DNA of 63,835 nucleotides, filler included, from Reclinomonas americana ATCC 50394 (lineage: Eukaryota), in assembly GCA_048213135.1 (NCBI GenBank). It is 11 parts of 5 records of this genome, joined end to end, with 100 filler letters (N's around TTAATTAATTAA, not from the genome) between each part and the next. Parts side by side here need not be neighbours in the genome. Positions count along the whole stretch, not along the records: positions 1 to 25,002 come from PS015638.1; positions 25,103 to 37,129 come from PS015639.1; 9 more parts are not named here. The stretch is one strand, 5' to 3'. Both the position numbers and the translations under genes were made by a program. The notes below the pieces were generated by a model. The model was not told where the DNA came from. It made no database searches and saw nothing but the letters and a program-made list of their open reading frames with translations. Each line of letters starts with the position of its first letter. Within the stretch, counting starts at the first letter, position 1. Shown in pieces: positions 18,110 to 30,026 of the stretch.

Positions 18110-21100
18110 TCACTCGGCAGGCACCTCCATGCAACACGACTCCAGTCCGTGGCCGGCGATCCACACCTGAGCGACCGACTCGACCACGTGTGCCGTCATC
18201 GTGCGCACACTGCTAATGTGCACCACCGACTCGCACACGGCTTCCACGGACGATTCTGCCGAGCGCCACGTGCACAGCCGCTGCGCAGAGTGTGAGGTCC
18301 ACGGTAGACCGACACGAGTAGAACACGACGCAACTCGATCACCGCCGACGCTGATTACGCGATCGGCACTCAGCAGAGCGACGCCTCGCACAGCCGCCCA
18401 GTGCGCCTCCTCCTGGCGACACTGCTCGACGATGCGCGCCGAGAGTGGCTCTGCGGCGAGAATCAATGAGCACGCTGCCTTCGCCAACACTTCTCCGTCA
18501 TCAATGTGGAACGTGCCTTCGTCGCGGTCGATTACCGCCACATCGGTCACACACACCGCCTGGTCGTCACCGCCGGTGACCACACGAATCCATGTCGATG
18601 CACCGACTGCCGCGGCACTCACACAGTTCACGCCGGATTGGTGTATCCGTTCGTGCTGACCGACACGACAACAATGAGCTGGCTGCCAACATTTTCTCTC
18701 GTATATATGAATGACGAACCAACAATGGCTCCAATCGACGAGCCTCTCCGTCAGCGCGCACACGAGTCACGTCGTAGATTGCCAGAGTACCGTCCGTGCA
18801 GCCAGACAGCAGCAGCTTTCGCGCGCGTTCGCCATATCCAACACTCAGCTGGCACAAGCACAGCACCACACCGGCACACTGACTCTCACTGTAGGCCACC
18901 ATTGGCAGCGGTTGTGGCCGTGGGCATTGATGAGGCTCGTGCGGCAACGCAAACAGCTTGACACGTCCGTCGGATGCTCCCGTGGCGAGAATCGACTGGT
19001 CGGCATCGTTCTCGAGCACGCACATGGCGTACATGCGATATTGCGCGGCACGATCGTCACCGTCATCATCGTCGTCACCTTCCGCCATCTCACAGTCGGG
19101 CCATACCGCTGCCAGCAGTCGCCCATGCGCAGTCAGCTCGCCAGTGTGTCGACTGACCTTCCAAAGCTGTACCAGCTCGCAATGGCCGCCAGTGGCGAGC
19201 AACACCGAGACATCGTCCTCCGCGACTGTTGCATGGTTCAGTGACATGCAGACGCACTTCAGCAGGGAGTGGATGTTGAGACTCTTGAACGGAACCTTTG
19301 GCACAGCACCGCCACGCTCCATCATGCGTCCACACGGCCGACATGTGCTGCACCGGTTGATCTTCACCGCCCCGATGAGCATACGACATGACGGCGCTGT
19401 CCTCGCCACATGTCACCACCAAGGTGCCAACGTCCGCGCTCATCACCAGCACACCATGCACGTGCAAGTGGTGCGCTCGGTCACCCAATTCGTGTACGAA
19501 TGACACGGGAGCTGGCGGCTGCGTTGCCAATACACGCAGGACTGTTCCGTATGCATCGGCAGCAGCATATGATCGACCTCCGTCCACGACGCGAATCGAG
19601 TGACACCGCCGATCAAGTGGCACGGAGAACAACTGGAGGTGAGGGTGAGCGACTGTGCATCTGCGTTGGAGCACCGACAGCACGCACTGCTTGCCCGTCA
19701 CCTCCGTCAAACACTCGCACTTGATCCCCTAAGTACGAGAGAAGGCACTGGGTGAGGGCAAGTGTAGTGCTGAGAGACGTCGAATGCGGTACTGCACCCT
19801 TGATTCCAATGCCCACAACGTGCCCGCTGCTTGTCGTCACAAGGCGCGTGATGGAGCTGACATGTGCCGAAAAGTGAGTGCGCTCCTCTACGTTGCCGGT
19901 GGCGCCATCTTCCGCAATCGACACGCGACACAGAAAGGCATCGCCGCCGCCAGTCACCAACTCGCTGCGCTCGGTGTGCCACAACAGAGAGTGAATCGGG
20001 TGCTGGGATCACAATGAGTTCACGAAAGTGGAGAAGAGTGGCGATAAATGGTCCACGAAACTCCATCGTGCACCCGCGGGATGGAGCAGAGATGCCGCCC
20101 GAGTGCCCAATCGTAGACATGCACATTTCCGCGCACGTCACCCACAAATAGCCAGGTTTCGCGCGCGTGCTCGCAGGCAGAGAACACTCGTTGCCTCCGT
20201 GGCGTGCAAAAGGAGGCAGCAACACACACCTATTGGGGATAGGTGAGAAGCAAAAGAAGCAAGCATTTTGGAGGAGAGATACGCAAACTGCACCTGAGCT
20301 GCCGTGACGGTCAACAGGGCGACATGACCTTCTGTACTGGCAACTGCAAGACGTGCTGGCGAAGTCCACCACATGCTAAACACAGAAGTGTGCTCCGAAA
20401 ACGCATCGATTGTAATGGTGTCATCCTGCGTGTGGCAATGAGAGGAAATGGTAACTCCTTCTGAGTGTTTTCGACGTACCCCATCAACGTCCCCGAGAGC
20501 CACTGCCCCGCTGGAGTAGCCGACGGCCATAAGCATTCCTTGCGTCTCCTGCACAGCCAGTGCAACCACGCCATCGCGGCCAGTGGCAGTGAACAGTGGC
20601 AGCAATTGGACCGCACCACTGCGGCCCACACGCACCACTCGACTGCAGCACGTGTGTGTGTGTCAGTGGAGAGCTGGCATGGAGATCAAAAGTGGTTGCA
20701 CACGTACCCCGACGTGAGCGAGACGACAACAGTCTCCGCGTCTGCACACAGCACTACGTGACGCACGCGGCCTCCAATGTCCGCAAGATCGACACGCAGA
20801 ATTTCCACTGCGAAGTGCTCATTCATTGGCAAACGCGCGCCAGGCCAGAGACGACGACGCAGGAGACAAACCTGGTTCCCTCCACACGTCGCGCACATTC
20901 CACACACGAATCACACCATCATCACCTCCCGAAGCCTGCATGACATGGTGAGCAGAATGGCCAACTATGCACTCACCAATTTTTGCTATGAGGAGACGCA
21001 CCACACACCCTCCATTTTCCACTGGAGTCACACATCGCAACGAACCCTTGTGGCCTAGGCGGATGCATGCAGTCAGCCACACACACACAGTTACTCACAG

Positions 21101-22285
21101 GCATGCACATTGCAGAACAGACGCACATACACACACACAGAGAGAGAGAAAGGCACTCCTATGTGCTCACGTTGCAGAACAGACGCACCACGAAACACGT
21201 GCCTCGCAGCACCCCCGTCAGCGACGCTCCACAACCGAACAGTGGCATCCTGCTCGACTGGTCAATTTGTCGCGTCGATGCAACGAGTGCCAACAATTCA
21301 CACATACCTCCGACACGGAGACCAGCACTTCGCTCGGCAACAAAAACGACTGCCACACTCGACTTTCGTGCCCTCGCACAGCCATGCACTCGACAAGATC
21401 ACGGTCGACTGCTCTGTGCGTCACTCAACGATTAGAGAGACAGCCGGCTGCCTTGCTCAATATACTCTGCGGATCCACGCACTCTCTCCGCCACACTCGC
21501 ATGGTGCGCCCCTCAGAGCACGTGCACAACACACATCCATTGTCGCTCCAGCTGACGTGAAACACGGCACCCTGACAGTTGGTGAGGCCACACATTTGCA
21601 AGAGAAGCGAGAGTGAATAAAGGCACACACCTCGTGACCTGCTAACCTCTGGTGTGGTTCCAACGACCGCCCCGGTCGGTATACCAACACATTCGAGCAG
21701 GTGGTGCCTGCTGCCACCCACACATCCGCCCACGAATCACCACAAACAGCCATCGAATACCTGATCAAAGAACGATGAGCCGAGCTGTACGTACCATCAC
21801 CACGATGGATGCATAGCACGCAACAACAAACACGACGGTCGCAATCGCACCACGCGAAGCTCGCCTTTATCCGTCACATCCCAGCAGCCAACCGCATTAC
21901 GAGCAAATCCAATCACCGCCACCTGCTCCTCACAACAGTAATGGACAGTGTGCACCCAGTGTGGCAACTCCTCGCGCAGCGCCACCACACGCAGTCCATC
22001 CTCCACGCGCACAGCAGCCACCGAATACTCTCCTCCCACGATCACTGTTCCCAGTCCAGCACCAGCAATGCAGTGAGCGCGGAACGGAAGACACAGCTCA
22101 GCGTGCAACAGGCCACTGGTGACACTCCACACTCGAAGCAAGGGTCCACAGGCTGCAATGCAAACTCATCGATGAAACAAGCAAGTATAGGTGGGGATGG
22201 CCGGGCAAACACACACACCGCTCAACAGCAGAGTATCGTCCTCCTTGCCAACCCATGCCACACAAGTCACTGCACCGAGGTGCAT
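18110..22285 (-). CDS. WDR6: WD repeat protein 6 / Trm734 (tRNA 2'-O-methyltransferase cofactor)
   Basis: VWVAAGTTCSNVLVY..RLAGHE|GAVFHVSWS..LCTCSEGRTMRVW and C-terminal HQSGVNCV..VVTGGDDQAV..AHWAAVRGV..QRLCTW match the WDR6/Trm734 pattern. Confidence 0.75.
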
Positions 22286-22385
22286 GCCTCACCGCACTCG
22301 ATTGATCGATTGCTGTCCTGTGCCTAGCTCACTCACACTCCGCTGCTGTCCACTGCGCGCACACACTCGCACGCACACACACGCA

Positions 22386-24872
22386 ATGGGCACCTCCAGC
22401 TCCTCCGACAAGTGTGCGTCCACCTCTCCGCCTTCCCTCTGCGATTGTGACTGTATCTCTGTGCTCAACACGGACACTCACCACGCAGCATCAAAGAAGC
22501 ACTCCGGTGGATCGCGGCCGGTCTCTGCGCGACAGTCGGCCTCTGTGGAGGCCTCTGCACAGCAGCTCGCGGGTCCGTTTGCACATCACTCGTCCGCCTC
22601 TGCGTTTCGAACACTCATTTTTGTGGGTACAGCCTCGCTGATGAGACCTGCCAGCGCACACCCGGCATCGTCGCCACCACCTGTGCCACCACGAGATCGA
22701 CAAGGTGAGGTTTGCGATTGTTTCTCACTCACTCACACGAGCGCTCATTGCTTGCTGGATTTGCAGCCGCACGAGTCGCTGCGGACGTGGATGCGCTGGC
22801 CGAGTTCAGCGGCCTCTTTGACAGTGTGCGGCATCCTGCGCCTTCGGCGACCCGCCGATCACCGCCACCACCTCCGCCGCCTGCTCGACCACCGCAGTTG
22901 CAGTCGGCGCCTCCGGTGCCACCGCGACCGTCAGTGGGCTCCTCGAACGACCTCGGCCTGCGGAGTCTGTTTGAGGAGAACTCGCCTGCTGCTGCTGCTG
23001 CTGCTGCTCCGGCGAGGGCGCCCGCTGTGCCACCGCGTCCGGGTAAGTCGCTGCACGGTTGTCGGTCACCGCGCGCGCTTGTGTGCAACTTACCGTCGTT
23101 GCAGTAAGCTCGGCCTCGGCCGAGGCCAGACGTGTCGACATGGAAGCGCTGGCAGAGTTTNNNNNNNNNNNNNNNNNNNNNNNNNNNNNNNNNNNNNNNN
23201 NNNNNNNNNNNNNNNNNNNNNNNNNNNNNNNNNNNNNNNNNNNNNNNNNNNNNNNNNNNNNNNNNNNNNNNNNNNNNNNNNNNNNNNNNNNNNNNNNNNN
23301 NNNNNNNNNNNNNNNNNNNNNNNNNNNNNNNNNNNNNNNNNNNNNNNNNNNNNNNNNNNNNNNNNNNNNNNNNNNNNNNNNNNNNNNNNNNNNNNNNNNN
23401 NNNNNNNNNNNNNNNNNNNNNNNNNNNNNNNNNNNNCGGGAGCTCGCCGATTGGCTGAAGGTGCCGGATGTTGCACACTGTCAAAGAGGCCTCCGAACTC
23501 CGCCAGCGCGCCCATGTCAACTCGTCCTGCGGGTGTGCTCACTGCGCGCAGCGAATGAGGGGAGGGAGGTGCAGGAGAATACGACAATAGAGAATCCGCT
23601 CCCACCTTCACGCTGTCGCGGTGGAACCACCGGAGCAGAAGGCTGCTGAGGCCGGGCCGGAACTGGTGCTGCTGGCGAAGGACGGCGGTTCACAGAGGGC
23701 GCCGGGTGCCGAACGCTCTCCACGAGACCACCNNNNNNNNNNNNNNNNNNNNNNNNNNNNNNNNNNNNNNNNNNNNNNNNNNNNNNNNNNNNNNNNNNNN
23801 NNNNNNNNNNNNNNNNNNNNNNNNNNNNNNNNNNNCACCAGCGCGCGCGCCGGTGGCCCCGGTGCGAGCAGCGCCTGCCGCAGCCGCTCGCCAGCCAAGT
23901 ACGTTAGGGTTGGAGGAACTCTTCGCGCAACATTCGCCGCCACAACAACAGCAGCGGCCTGCGGTACCGACAGCTGCTCAAACGCCAGCTGCCACACCTG
24001 CTCAAACTCCAGCAAGCACGCAGAAAGCGGCATCGCTCCCGTCAGGTGTTGTTGTCAATCGCACTCTGCAGTGCGCCAACTGTACCGGTCGCAATCTGGA
24101 AGTGTGCTACCAGTTGCCGTGCAGGCATGGATTGTGTCAGGAGTGGTGCGTTGCTTTCCTGCATCACTGCCGTGCCTCAGCTACTCACCATTTGTATGCG
24201 TAATAGTGTGGCCGACATGCTGCATTCGCACATTGCCACGGGAGCTGGCGATGCGATGCGCTGCTGCGGCACAGCTTGTCGAATCGGTATGTACCTGCAC
24301 AGCCGAGTTTCACCCATTGTTCCATGTTAGCTGAAGTTTGATCGCGCAGAAATCCCCGACTCGGTCATTCGTCATGCTTGTGCGGGGAAGCCGCATCTGC
24401 GGCATGATCTCGACGCCTACGAAGACATTCTCAACATGGCGTTCTTGAGCAGCAACACCAAGCCGTGCCCGACGGTGTGTGTGACTGCACGCGCACTTTA
24501 TCTTCTCTGTTAAAAGCTGACTTCTTCGATGACACAGTGTGGCTCCATGTGTATGCCCGAGGATGCTGCGTTTCAAGATGCCGAGTGTCCGTGTGGAACT
24601 CGATTTTGCTTGCGGTGCGGAGGAAGGTGGATAAGTGGTGCCGGATCGCGTGGTCCGTGTGGCAATCGCGACTGCATGTCTTCCAATGATGTGCTCGGCT
24701 CGTGCGAGTGGGTGGTGCGTGCGAAGACTGTGGAAGCGCAGAGACCGCGGACAGCTCTGCTCAACCAGTCGACTGTGTGATTGTGTTGTGCAGAGAATGT
24801 GGCCGTTCGACAAGCCCACCGACGATCCGGTTCCACGATTGCGTGCGTGTCCGCGATGTCATCGCATTCAAG
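22386..24872 (+). CDS. RBR E3 ligase unit 3 (MGTSSS leader plus three Pro-rich ALAEF modules; last exon lost in gap)
   Basis: RING1 CANCTGRNLEVCYQLPCRHGLCQEC; IBR CPTCGSMC..CPCGTRFCLRC; RACPRCHRIQ, then (AG)n and a gap. An internal contig (23437-23732) appears inverted. Confidence 0.82.
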
Positions 24873-24918
24873 GTATTACATGCAGAGAGAGAGAGAGAGA
24901 AAAGAGAGAGAGAGTGAG

Positions 24919-24985
<67 letters not shown>

Positions 24986-25046
24986 TAGTAGTCGTGTAGT
25001 CGNNNNNNNNNNNNNNNNNNNNNNNNNNNNNNNNNNNNNNNNNNNN

Positions 25047-25058
25047 TTAATTAATTAA
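25047..25058. other. Artificial six-frame-stop gap linker TTAATTAATTAA (also at 37174, 42449, 43639, 46855, 52267, 55438, 58139, 60781, 62576)
   Basis: The identical 12-mer is always centred in a ~100-nt N block. Confidence 0.97.
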
Positions 25059-25106
25059 NNNNNNNNNNNNNNNNNNNNNNNNNNNNNNNNNNNNNNNNNN
25101 NNGCAG

Positions 25107-25994
25107 TTTGACCGACATGCTGCAATCGCACGTTGCCACGGGAGCTGGCGATGCGATGCGTTGCTGCTTCACGGCTTGTCGAATTGGTACGTTCTTATGT
25201 CCAACGTGTTACTCACTCTTCTTCTACGATTGACTGTTGTGCTTCATTATTGCAGTCATCCCCGACACGGTCATTCGACATGCTTGCGCGGGGAAACCAC
25301 ATCTGCGGCGCGATCTGGACGCCTACGAAGACATGCTCAACATGGCATTCCTGAACAGCAACACCAAACCTTGTCCAACGGTGTGTCACGTCTGCTTGTG
25401 CAAAGTCTCCGCCGACTGTCGCTGACAGCAGTGATTGCACAGTGCGGGACCATGTGCATGCCCGAGGACAGCTCGTTCCAGGATGCCGACTGTCCATGTG
25501 GAACTCAGTTCTGTTTGCGGTGTGGTGGACGATGGGCGAGTGGTTCGGGATCGCGTGGTCCCTGCGGCAATCCAGGCTGCATGTCAGCTGCAGACCTGCT
25601 CATCGCGTGCGAGTGGGTGGTGAGTGTGTGTGATATCGATACGGCAGCACGTAAGCATTCGCGCTTTCTCACCACGTCGTGCAGCTCATGTGGCCCTTCG
25701 ACAAGGCCACCGACGATCCGGTTCCACGCCTGCGTGCGTGTCCGCGATGTCATCGCATTCAAGGTACTGGTGAAGGTTGTTCGTGCCGCATATGCGCCTC
25801 TCTCTCTCACTCATCGTTATCTGGTGGCAGATCACAATGACGGCTGCAAGCACATGAAGTGCCAGGAGCCGACGTGCCTTGTCGAGTACTGCATGCGATG
25901 CTTGGCGGTGAAGGGGCCGCAGGGTTGGCCCGACACGTGCAGGAATTATGACTTTGCATGCCCCGTGGCTCCTTGTCAGCAGTTGCCGAAATGA
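25107..25994 (+). CDS. RBR E3 ligase unit 4 (5' part lost in gap)
   Basis: LTDMLQSHVATG..IPDTVIRHAC..KPCPT|CGTMC..FCLRC..RACPRCHRIQDHNDGCKHMKCQEPTCLVEYCMRC..VAPCQQLPK*. Confidence 0.85.
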   Translation, partial: FDRHAAIARCHGSWRCDALLLHGLSNWYVLMSNVLLTLLLRLTVVLHYCSHPRHGHSTCLRGETTSAARSGRLRRHAQHGIPEQQHQTLSNGVSRLLVQSLRRLSLTAVIAQCGTMCMPEDSSFQDADCPCGTQFCLRCGGRWASGSGSRGPCGNPGCMSAADLLIACEWVVSVCDIDTAARKHSRFLTTSCSSCGPSTRPPTIRFHACVRVRDVIAFKVLVKVVRAAYAPLSLTHRYLVADHNDGCKHMKCQEPTCLVEYCMRCLAVKGPQGWPDTCRNYDFACPVAPCQQLPK

Positions 25995-26440
25995 AGCGGG
26001 GAGTGTGGTGCTGGTGATGGCGACTGGCTTTGAAAGGCACGTGCGCACTGGCGACGACGAGGGCTAACGAGGTTGAAGACAGTGCACTAGTGTGTTTCCG
26101 TCGTACGTCGCGAACTCGAGATCGATTACAAGTTTCATAATAGCCTGCACATCTTGTGCACTCTCTTTCCAGCAAGGCCTAGGAACCTGGGGCTGCATTT
26201 GGCTGTCGTCGCCGCGAAAAGCTGCGAGACAAATTTCCGATCGCGACCGAAGTTGCCTTTGCACTTCATTTCCGACACTTCCCACGGCTCACTTGAACAT
26301 TTTTGCCCCACATTCGGTTGTGCATTGAAAAAACGAAAACAAAGCTGCAGCTGTTGAATCATGCATATGACAACAAACCATTCGAACAAGAGTTCCTCAT
26401 GATCATGCATGCACCCTGGGNNNNNNNNNNNNNNNNNNNN

Positions 26441-26485
<45 letters not shown>

Positions 26486-26701
26486 AGTACATGCGCGTCT
26501 CGAGCTCCGACCATGTTAATTTGCATTGCGATCATTCACATGCATCGACGCATTCTCTCTCTCTCTTGCACACACCTACGCATGCACCTCACAGCGGCGC
26601 CTCTCATTCGCGTCGTATCGCTTGCCCTCTCTCTCTTTCTCCCTCCCACGTACACGGTCTCTCTCTCCCTGTCTTGTCATCCTCCTTCCTCTCCCTCCCA
26701 G

Positions 26702-27736
26702 AAACACGCTCCTCCTCCACCTCCTCCCAAATCTTCGTCTCCTGCTTCCGGTGCCAACCATGCTGCTCCTCCCGTAACCCCCGCGCGCGCGGCCGCCGCC
26801 CCTCCCGCTCCTCCAGCACGACCGCCTTCTGTTCCAGCCCCAGCTGCCCCCGTCTCTGCCCCCGCCCGCGCTCCTCCCGTCAGCTCACCACCTCCCCCCG
26901 GCATGCGTCATGACCCGAGTCGATTCATGCCAGCGGCACCTTCGCGACCATCGCCACCCGTGCCCACGCACTCGCCTACACAGAGCAGCGGTGGCGAGGC
27001 GGCCGCTAGGTCGTCGTGGAAGAGCAGGGCGACCCAGGTGATGGATGGGCGCGGTCGGACGGCGGCCTCGGCGGGTGCAGGTCTCGGTGTTGCGGCGCTC
27101 TCGATTGGTTTGCCGTCGTATGCGGGTTTGTTTCGAGTGAGCGACGCAGAGGTCGAGCACGTTCTCACGCGAGTGCATCTGCAGAGCCGGATCCACAGTA
27201 CTCAGCTCCGCCAATTCCAGGTGCGTCTCTCTGTTGCTCTCTCGAATGACTTCTCTTCTTTAACTTTCTCTATCCCTGTGTGTGTATGTGTGTCTCTGTC
27301 TCCGTCTCTGACAACTCTCCATCGCTCTTTTCTCTCTCTCTCACTCTCTCTCTCTTTCTCCCTCTCTCTCTCTGTCTGCCTGTCTACCTGTCTGTCTCTC
27401 TCACTCACGCTGCCTACTGTGTCACTCCCGCCCTCCCACTCATCTCATCTCCCTCCCCCCTCCCCTTTCCATACCACCTCTCACCCTGCGCACCACGCCG
27501 TCTCCCGACATCTCAACAGCACACCCTCCGCGCCCGGCCGCCGCCGCCTTTCCCCCCCCTCCAGCCCGGCCCATGTCCTCGGCGTCGAGACCTGCGCCTT
27601 TTGCGGTGCCACCTCCTCGTGGTGGAGGGGTGAGTACAAATGCATTGCTGTCTCTCTGTGTTCTTGTGCGTTTGTGTGGTACCTGGACTCCTGTTCCTGT
27701 CAGATGCGCGTGTATTTATGCATGACGAAATGAGTG

Positions 27737-27774
<38 letters not shown>

Positions 27775-29953
27775 AGAACATGTACATCTCCAATCGCGTG
27801 TGAGTTTGCATTGCGATGAGTGACACGCTCTCCCTCTCCTACACACGGTAGCGCTTCTCTCCTGCGCGTCGTTTCGCTCGCTCTTTCTCTCTCTCTCTCT
27901 CCCATGTATACGGTCTCTAGCCGCCCTCTCTCTCTCTCTCTCTNNNNNNNNNNNNNNNNNNNNNNNNNNNNNNNNNNNNNNNNNNNNNNNNNNNNNNNNN
28001 NNNNNNNNNNNNNNNNCCCTCCCGCTCGCCCGGCCGCCGCCCCTCCCGCTCCTCCGTCACGACCGGCTTCCGCTCCAGTCCCCGCCGCCGCTCCTCCGTA
28101 CCGCCCACCCCCTCCCGTCCTCCGCACCCCGCCTCCCCCCGTCCTCTCCTCGCCTCCGCCGCCAGGCATGCGCCACGCCCCGAGCCAATACATGCCAGCG
28201 GTACCCATGCATCCATCTCCACCCGCGCCCACACACTCGCCGTCGCAGAGTGGCAGTGGTGAGGCGGCCGCTAAGCCGTCATGGAAGAGCAGCGTGACCA
28301 AGGTGGTGGATGGGCGCGGTCGAACGGCGGCCTCGACTGGAGCCGGTGTTGCGAATCAGCCGTCTGAGGTGATGGCTGTTAACATTGCGGATGGTGATCC
28401 TGCAGCGTCCGCTGTTCCTGTTCCTGCGGAGTCACAGTCACGGTCACCACGATGGGCTGCACGACGGTCGATAGCAACTGCATCTGCGGTACGTGCTTAT
28501 GACCCTCCAGAGTACTTCGGCAGCGATGGCGATGCTGTTGGCTATGGTCATTATCGGCATTCGTATGGATATGATGCACGATTAGCACACTGGGCGCCTG
28601 CAGAGCAGCCGTTTGCGGCAATGGCTGTTACCGTTGGCGACGCCGCCGACGGTGATGATTATGCTGCTGCATTGGCCGCTGCTCTTGTTCCTCCTGCAAG
28701 TCAGCAGTCACAGTCACAGTCTCCGCGGCAGTTGCCACATGGGCCTCTGGTTGCCGCAACTGGACCAGTTGATGAATTGTATGCACGCGGCGCAGACCGA
28801 CCCGTGCCATCAGCGGGATCTCATGCGCCACCACAACGCCAGCCATCTGCGCAGTCCGCCGCGTCCGCTGCCGGCTCTCAGCCATCACCGTCGCCTGTAC
28901 CAGGTGTCACCATCAACCGCAGTCTGCAGTGTGCCAGCTGCACCGGTCAGAACCTGGACGTGTGCTACCTGTTGTCGTGCGGGCATGGATTGTGCCAGGA
29001 GTGGTCCGTCGCTTTCTCTTCATTCCGTCGCATTTCGTGAATGACGCAACTTAAACTCACTGTGTGTGCAGTTTGACCGACATGCTGCAATCGCACGTTG
29101 CCGCGGGAGCCGGTGATGCGATGCGTTGCTGCGTCACGGCTTGTCGAATTGGTACGTTCCAGTGCACAAGTGTTCCTCACTCTTCTTCTACGATTGACTG
29201 TTGTTTTTCACAATTGCAGTCATCCCCGACTCGGTCATTCGACATGCTTGTGCCGAGAAACCACATCTGCGGCGCGATCTGGACGCCTACGAAGACATGC
29301 TGAACATGGCATTCCTGAACAGCAACACCAAACCTTGCCCAACGGTGTGTCACGTCTGCTTGTGCTCAATCTCCGCCGACTGTTGCTGACAGCAGTGATT
29401 GCACAGTGCGGGACGATGTGTATGCCCGAGGACACGTCGTTCCAGGATGCCGACTGTCCATGTGGAACTCGGTTCTGCTTGCGATGTGGTGGACGATGGG
29501 CGAGTGGTTCGGGATCGCGTGGTCACTGCGGCAATCCAGGCTGCATGTCAGCTGCAGACCTCCTCGCCGCATGCGAGTGGGTGGTGCGTATGTGTGATAC
29601 GGCAGCACGTAAGCATTCGCGCTTTCTCACCACGTCGTGCAGCTCATGTGGCCCCTCGTCAAGGCCACCGACGATCCCGTGCCACGCCTGCGTGCTTGCC
29701 CGCGATGTCATCGCATTCAAGGTCTTACAGCGGGTGGCATTATGTTTCTTGCGCGTCTCTCTCACTTCTTCCTTTTTTGGTGGTGACAGATCACAATGAC
29801 GGCTGCAAGCACATGAAGTGCCAGGAGCCGACGTGCCTTGTCGAGTACTGCATGCGATGCTTGGCGGTGAAGGGGCCGCAGGGTTGGCCCGACACGTGCA
29901 GGAATTATGACTTTGCGTGCCCCGTGGCTCCTTGTCAGCAGCTGCCCAGATAA
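26702..29953 (+). CDS. RBR E3 ligase unit 5 (long, internally duplicated Pro/Ala-rich N-terminus; start not seen)
   Basis: Pro-rich exons 26702-27080, 27185-27220, 27520-27629 and 28017 onward splice plausibly in frame to RING1 CASCTGQNLDVCYLLSCGHGLCQEC. IBR and RING2 are complete; stop TAA at 29951-29953. Confidence 0.82.
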
Positions 29954-30026
29954 AGCAGAGGGCACTACAATGACGACAGTGGTGAAGAAAGTGGTCGGAC
30001 CTTGTCCCATTCCATCACTTCATATC

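Noticed and set aside
27585..27670. FYVE-like CAFCGATSSWWRG motif
   Set aside because: Splice phases favour the Pro-rich frame (PARPMSSASRPAPF), and the remaining zinc ligands are absent.
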